From Candidatus Methylomirabilota bacterium (GTDB taxonomy: Bacteria; Methylomirabilota; Methylomirabilia; Rokubacteriales; CSP1-6): DNA of 11,082 nucleotides. Under the pieces are notes generated by a model, which did no database searches, was not told where the DNA came from, and saw only the letters and a list, made by a program, of their open reading frames with translations. Shown here piece after piece: positions 7,174 through 11,082 of the stretch (its first letter is position 1; each line of letters begins with the position of its first letter). Made by a program: the position numbers and the translations under genes. The DNA lies in NCBI GenBank assembly GCA_046726415.1, contig JBKPAK010000044.1:1-11082 (forward strand), read 5' to 3'.

Positions 7174-8561
7174 GCCCTCCGTTCAACAAGGGCGGCCAGC
7201 GCCTGTTCGAAGCAGGCGCGCGGCGGCTTCACGAGGCCGGCGCCGATCTGGCCGACGCCGGCCTCGCGGTGGGCGATCCCCGTGTTGATCTGGGGCAGGA
7301 TGCCGGTCTGCATCACGAGCCGGACGTCGATGCCGGTCGGCGTCCCGCGGAAGTCCAGCGCCGGAATCCGGTAGGTGTCGCTCTCCCCGAGGGTGATCTC
7401 ATACATGAGGGCGGTCGCCCGCAGCGCATCGGCGGGCGTGCCCCCGACGAACTGCACGATGGCCGGCGCCGCGGCCATGGCGAAGCCGCCGATGCCGGCC
7501 GTCTCCGTGATGGCGCTGTCGCCGATATCGGGATTGGCGTCGGCGGCGCCGAAACCCGGGAAGTAGAGGCCGACGGGAGTGTCGGCGGGGGCCGTGAACC
7601 AGCGATCGCCCAATCCACTCACCCGGATGCCGAAGTCCGTCCCGTTGCGGGCCATCGTGGTCACGAGCGTGGCGTGTGGCACGTCGTGGGCGGCGTCGGC
7701 GCCCGCCTTGCACGCCGCCATGCTCACGTTCAGGAAGAAGTGCTCATTGCCCGCGGCGAAGGCGAGGAGCCGAGCCCGCTCGGAGGCCGGAAGATCGAGG
7801 GCCGCCAGATGCGGGGCGAGCGTCTTGATGAGCAGCGCCGAGGCGGCCCGGTTGCGGTTGTGGCATTCGTCGCCCATCTGGAGGGCCTGCGCGATGAGCG
7901 CGCGTACGTCGACGCCACCCGCCGCGCGAACGGCGGTCCTCAGCGACGGGCCCAGCACGTCGCGGAACCAGCGCAGCCGGTCCAGCACCTCGGGCGCGAA
8001 GGCCCCGTAGCGGAGGACCTTGCCGAGCCCCTCGTTCAGATTCGAGTAGGCGCGATTGCCGCGAGCTCGGTTCTCGACGACGAACACCGGCATGGACGCC
8101 GTGGTCACTCCGGCCATGGGCCCAACCGCCCCGTGGTGATGGCACGGAGCAAAACGCACATCACCGTGCTCCGCCAGGCGCTCGGCATCGTCGAGCGTCT
8201 TGGCGAGCCCCTCGTACACGAGCGCCCCCAGCACCGCGCCACGGAGCGGACCGCGCATCCGCTCCCACGGGATGGGAGGGCCCGCATGCAGCAGGGTGTC
8301 GCGCGTCATGTTGGGGATCACCTCGCTGGCGGGCTGCACGTCGACGAGCACAGGGTGGGCCTGCTGCAACTGCTCGAGGGCCATTCGATTGGCGACGTCC
8401 ACCTCGTCGCGCCAGAGAGCAGCAAGGGCGCCGGGGGCGGTGGACGGTTGCCACTCGACGCGCGCGACCTCGACGCCCTGGCCCGCCAACGCGTCGGCGA
8501 AGAGCTCGGCGCCCACCGCGATGGCCCCGGGGATTGGCGCGATCGACCGACGGTCAGCCAT
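7170..8561 (-). CDS. DUF1116 protein (YlbE/YahG/AllG-like)
   Basis: Motifs LLHAGPPIPWERM, PCHHHGAVGPMAG, NLNEGLGKVLRYGA, ALQMGDECHNRN, MARNGTDFGIR, NPDIGDSAITET, GTPTGIDV, PQINTGIAHREAGVGQIGAG. The N-terminal module AVGAELFADALAGQGVEVARVEWQP resembles that of YahG. Confidence 0.92.
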   Translation of the reverse strand: MADRRSIAPIPGAIAVGAELFADALAGQGVEVARVEWQPSTAPGALAALWRDEVDVANRMALEQLQQAHPVLVDVQPASEVIPNMTRDTLLHAGPPIPWERMRGPLRGAVLGALVYEGLAKTLDDAERLAEHGDVRFAPCHHHGAVGPMAGVTTASMPVFVVENRARGNRAYSNLNEGLGKVLRYGAFAPEVLDRLRWFRDVLGPSLRTAVRAAGGVDVRALIAQALQMGDECHNRNRAASALLIKTLAPHLAALDLPASERARLLAFAAGNEHFFLNVSMAACKAGADAAHDVPHATLVTTMARNGTDFGIRVSGLGDRWFTAPADTPVGLYFPGFGAADANPDIGDSAITETAGIGGFAMAAAPAIVQFVGGTPADALRATALMYEITLGESDTYRIPALDFRGTPTGIDVRLVMQTGILPQINTGIAHREAGVGQIGAGLVKPPRACFEQALAALVERRA

Positions 8562-10005
8562 GATGCCCTCGCGCGAGGGCGTGCGCGGCGAGCGCGGCGG
8601 CGCGGTTGCTCGGGCACACGACGGCGCCGAGGGCCCGCAGCGTCTTCTCCTGCGCGATGAGCCCTTGGGGGTCCTCGTCGGTTCCCACCACGTGGACGAC
8701 CACGTCGAGCCGCCGCCCGGCCCGCTCGGCCCGCGCCCGCGCGTCGCGGATCGCCGCGGCCGCGGCGCCGGCGGGGTCGGGATGCGCGCATTCGCCGAGG
8801 ACTACGTCGAGCAGCACGACCCCGACCCGTGGATCATCGCCGGCCGTGGCGATGGCCGCGGTCCGCAGGGTTGGGTCGATCATGGGGTGAGGCCGCCCGC
8901 GCGTATAGACGTCAGCGCCAAAGTCGGTGAAGCCGACGGCGGCCTCGCCGACGATGGCGCGCGCCTCCTCGCACAGCGTGCCCCCCGTATAGAGGCCGAG
9001 GACTCCGCTCGCCGGCGCGCGCGGCCGGTCCGGCAAGCTTGGCAGCGGGAGCGCTCGGGGCGGGAGCCCGAGGACATCCAGGGACGCCATGGCCGCGTCT
9101 TCCAAGGTCTCGACCGAGCGCACCGTTGCCGGAGCCCCGCCGCGCCAGCCAGGCAGACACGCGATCACCGGCTTCGCCACGGCGGCGGCGGCGAAAAGAA
9201 CACGGTCGGCAACGTCCGGGGCGGCGGGCTTGGACACGAGGACGATGGCCCGCGTTTCGTCATCGTCGGCGAGCAATTCGAGGGCGTGGAGCGTCGTCAG
9301 TCCTCCGACCTCGGCCTGAAAGTCCCGTCCGCCTGTCCCGATGGCGTGCGAGAGCCCGCCGCCGAGCGTGTGGACGAGGCTGCTGATCTCTTGAAGTCCC
9401 GTACCCGATGCGCCCACCAGGCCGATGGGGCCCCGGCGCACGCGATTCGCGAAGCCGAGGCCGATGCCGCCGATGATGCTCGTCCCGCACTCGGGCCCCA
9501 TCACCAGCAAGTCCCGCGCACGCCCCCGCTGCTTGAGCGCGACTTCGTCGGCGATCGGCATGTCGTCGCTGAAGATGAAGACGTGGAGACCGGCCGACAG
9601 CGCCTGGTGGGCCTCGGCGGCGGCGTGGGGCCCGGGCACCGAGATCACCGCGAGATTGGCCCGGGCCGCGCGTCGGGCCGCGCTGGTGAGCGAGCGCGCA
9701 TCGGTAGTGGCCGGCCCCTCTCGGGTGCGCCGTCGCGCACTCAGCAGGGTCTCCATCCGCGCCAGGGCTGCGTGGGCGGCGTCGGCGCTCTCGGCTCGCA
9801 CGGCCATCACGAGATCGTCTGGGCGGCAGCTCTCGGCCTCGCGCGACCACAGGCCCGCGTCGACCAGCGAAGCCCGGTTGGGCTCTGTTCCCATCAGGAG
9901 CGCCGCCGCGGAAACACCGGGGAGCGCGCGCGCCTCCTCGGCGATGCGCATCAGCGCGACCGAGTCAGCATAGGTGCCGCGCCGGATTCTCACCGCAACA
10001 TGCAC
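8554..10005 (-). CDS. fdrA: FdrA/YahF-like protein (succinyl-CoA synthetase-related fold; AllF-like)
   Basis: Motifs YADSVALM, MGTEPN, LAVISVPG, FIFSDD, LVMGPECGT, GLGFANRVRRGPIGLVGASGTGLQE, HAIGTGGRD, VSKP, GLYTGGTLCEEA, TRGRPHPMIDP, LLDVVLG. Confidence 0.9.
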   Translation of the reverse strand: MHVAVRIRRGTYADSVALMRIAEEARALPGVSAAALLMGTEPNRASLVDAGLWSREAESCRPDDLVMAVRAESADAAHAALARMETLLSARRRTREGPATTDARSLTSAARRAARANLAVISVPGPHAAAEAHQALSAGLHVFIFSDDMPIADEVALKQRGRARDLLVMGPECGTSIIGGIGLGFANRVRRGPIGLVGASGTGLQEISSLVHTLGGGLSHAIGTGGRDFQAEVGGLTTLHALELLADDDETRAIVLVSKPAAPDVADRVLFAAAAVAKPVIACLPGWRGGAPATVRSVETLEDAAMASLDVLGLPPRALPLPSLPDRPRAPASGVLGLYTGGTLCEEARAIVGEAAVGFTDFGADVYTRGRPHPMIDPTLRTAAIATAGDDPRVGVVLLDVVLGECAHPDPAGAAAAAIRDARARAERAGRRLDVVVHVVGTDEDPQGLIAQEKTLRALGAVVCPSNRAAALAAHALARGHHG

Positions 10006-10012
10006 GGGCCCG

Positions 10013-10042
10013 ATAGTACCCCGTCACCGCGGTGCCTGGCAT
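10013..10042 (-). promoter_or_regulatory. Putative sigma70-type promoter of the fdrA operon (-10 TACTAT), possibly giving a leaderless mRNA
   Basis: TACTAT (10018-10013) sits 7 nt before the GTG at 10005. A weak -35-like ATGCCA lies 18 nt upstream. No Shine-Dalgarno sequence is visible. Confidence 0.5.
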
Positions 10043-10238
10043 GCCGAACGCGCGCGGGGTCAGGTCGCGCGCGTCAACCGGGGTGCTCGCCCGTTTCGCG
10101 ACGTGGACGGGATGGGTCACGGCCCCTTCGCGCGGAGCGCCCTCCTGGTGCTCGCTCGGCGACGAGGCTGCTTCAGCCGGCGAGCCCGGCCCTCAGCGCC
10201 TGAGGATCCGCACGTCGCGACCTCCGGGGCGGCCCGCC

Positions 10239-10267
10239 ATGACAGCGTCGCGGTCCGCCGCTAGAAT
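10239..10267 (+). promoter_or_regulatory. Putative sigma70 promoter of the Rid-family gene
   Basis: ATGACA (10239-10244), 17-nt spacer, TAGAAT (10262-10267), conspicuous in a GC-rich background. RBS AGGAG at 10331-10335. Confidence 0.6.
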
Positions 10268-10344
10268 GGCACAGCCGACGACCGGGCGGCGTCCCCGCCT
10301 GCGCGTCGCGCGCGTCGAGTCGACAACGACAGGAGCCAGCCACC

Positions 10345-10740
10345 ATGAAGAAGCGGATCAACAGCCCACACGTGCCGGAGCCTCCGCCGCAGACCTGGTC
10401 CAACTGCCTCGTGGTGGGCAACCAGGTCTTCATCGCAGGGATGACAGCGCGGTCGGGAACGACGGTCGAGGGCGGCGACAGCATGTACGGCCAGGCGGTC
10501 GCGGTCTTCACCAAGATCAAGCACCTCATCGAAGCCGCCGGCGGCACCATGAACGACGTCGTCAAGGTGCTCATCTTCGTGACCGACATCAAGCGGCGCG
10601 AGGACGTGTGGAAGGCCCGACGCGAGTTCTTCACGGGCGACTTCCCGGCCTCTACCTTAGTCGAAGCCCGCGCGCTGGCCGCGCCGGAGTTGCTCGTCGA
10701 GGTCGAGGCCACCGCCATCCTCGGCGCCGGAAAAGCCTAG
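10345..10740 (+). CDS. Rid (YjgF/YER057c/UK114) family protein, subtype lacking the catalytic Arg
   Basis: 131 aa; motifs VVGNQVFIAG, LIEAAGGTMNDVVKVLIFVTDI, FPASTLVE, LLVEVEATA; RBS AGGAG. Confidence 0.92.
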   Translation: MKKRINSPHVPEPPPQTWSNCLVVGNQVFIAGMTARSGTTVEGGDSMYGQAVAVFTKIKHLIEAAGGTMNDVVKVLIFVTDIKRREDVWKARREFFTGDFPASTLVEARALAAPELLVEVEATAILGAGKA

Positions 10741-10790
10741 AAGCACAACGAAGGGTCCCCCGCCGCATCGGCCGCCGAGCGCAGGGCGGT

Positions 10791-10812
10791 TGGGGGCTCT
10801 TCGGGGCCCCCA
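10791..10812. repeat. Palindrome TGGGGGCTC-TTCG-GGGCCCCCA between convergent genes (REP-like; possible terminator or mRNA-stabilising hairpin)
   Basis: 9-bp stem (one G-U pair) with a C(UUCG)G tetraloop on the + strand. Same G-tract/C-tract design as the hairpins at 26-51 and 996-1026. No U-tract. Confidence 0.6.
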
Positions 10813-10845
10813 TCCTTACGGGCGTCGCGCGGAGCGCCGCGTCGG

Positions 10846-11082
10846 TCAGTCCGGGGCAGGCGCCGTCCTTCTCCACTGCACAAGGGTGTACGGTGGGGTG
10901 GCCTCGTCGTGCGGCTCGAACACCGCTTCCACGGGCGTCCCGATCTCCACGACCTGCGTCGGATCGCCGAGAAGGTTGCCGACCATCCGCACGCCGCCCG
11001 CGTCCGGGAGCTCGACCAGCACCACGACGTAGGGCCCGTGGCCCTTCAGTGCGGGATGCACCGGATGCCACGCGCGCTCCCA
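10846..11082 (-). CDS. DUF35 / ChsH2-like Zn-ribbon OB-fold protein, C-terminal part (5' end outside the window)
   Basis: The frame is open to the window edge: WERAWHPVHPALKGHGPYVVVLVELPDAGGVRMVGNLLG...VEIGTPVEAVFE, the typical DUF35 OB-fold C-terminus. Confidence 0.85.
   Translation of the reverse strand, partial: WERAWHPVHPALKGHGPYVVVLVELPDAGGVRMVGNLLGDPTQVVEIGTPVEAVFEPHDEATPPYTLVQWRRTAPAPD

Noticed and set aside
5062..8660. 597-aa and 520-aa plus-strand ORFs
   Set aside because: Antisense shadows of hyuA and the DUF1116 gene, expected from GC-rich codon usage.
8200..10203. 667-aa plus-strand ORF
   Set aside because: Antisense shadow of fdrA/DUF1116 in high-GC DNA, with no recognisable motifs.
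10791..10812. Classical Rho-independent terminator
   Set aside because: The hairpin is strong but has no U-tract on either strand, so it is kept as a REP-like palindrome.

Overview
High-GC (roughly 70% by eye) bacterial chromosomal window. Most of it (10005 down to the left edge) is one tightly packed minus-strand operon. In order it encodes an FdrA/YahF-like protein, a DUF1116 (YlbE/YahG-like) protein, ATP-dependent hydantoinase/oxoprolinase subunits A and B, a nucleoside-type (CUT2) ABC permease, a Tat-exported BMP-family binding protein and an ABC ATPase. This looks like an uncharacterised uptake and catabolism module for a cyclic amide/ureide or nucleobase derivative. Divergent from it is a Rid-family gene lacking the catalytic Arg, followed by the 3' part of a convergent DUF35 OB-fold gene. 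A family of G/C-tract palindromic (REP-like) repeats has invaded the locus, including coding sequence. An 82-bp duplication at the ATPase start creates a 29-codon leader ORF. A tandem array (86/78/78 bp) fills the ATPase inter-domain linker and places an in-frame TAG in a hairpin loop, after which the frame continues into what looks like the second ATPase domain.
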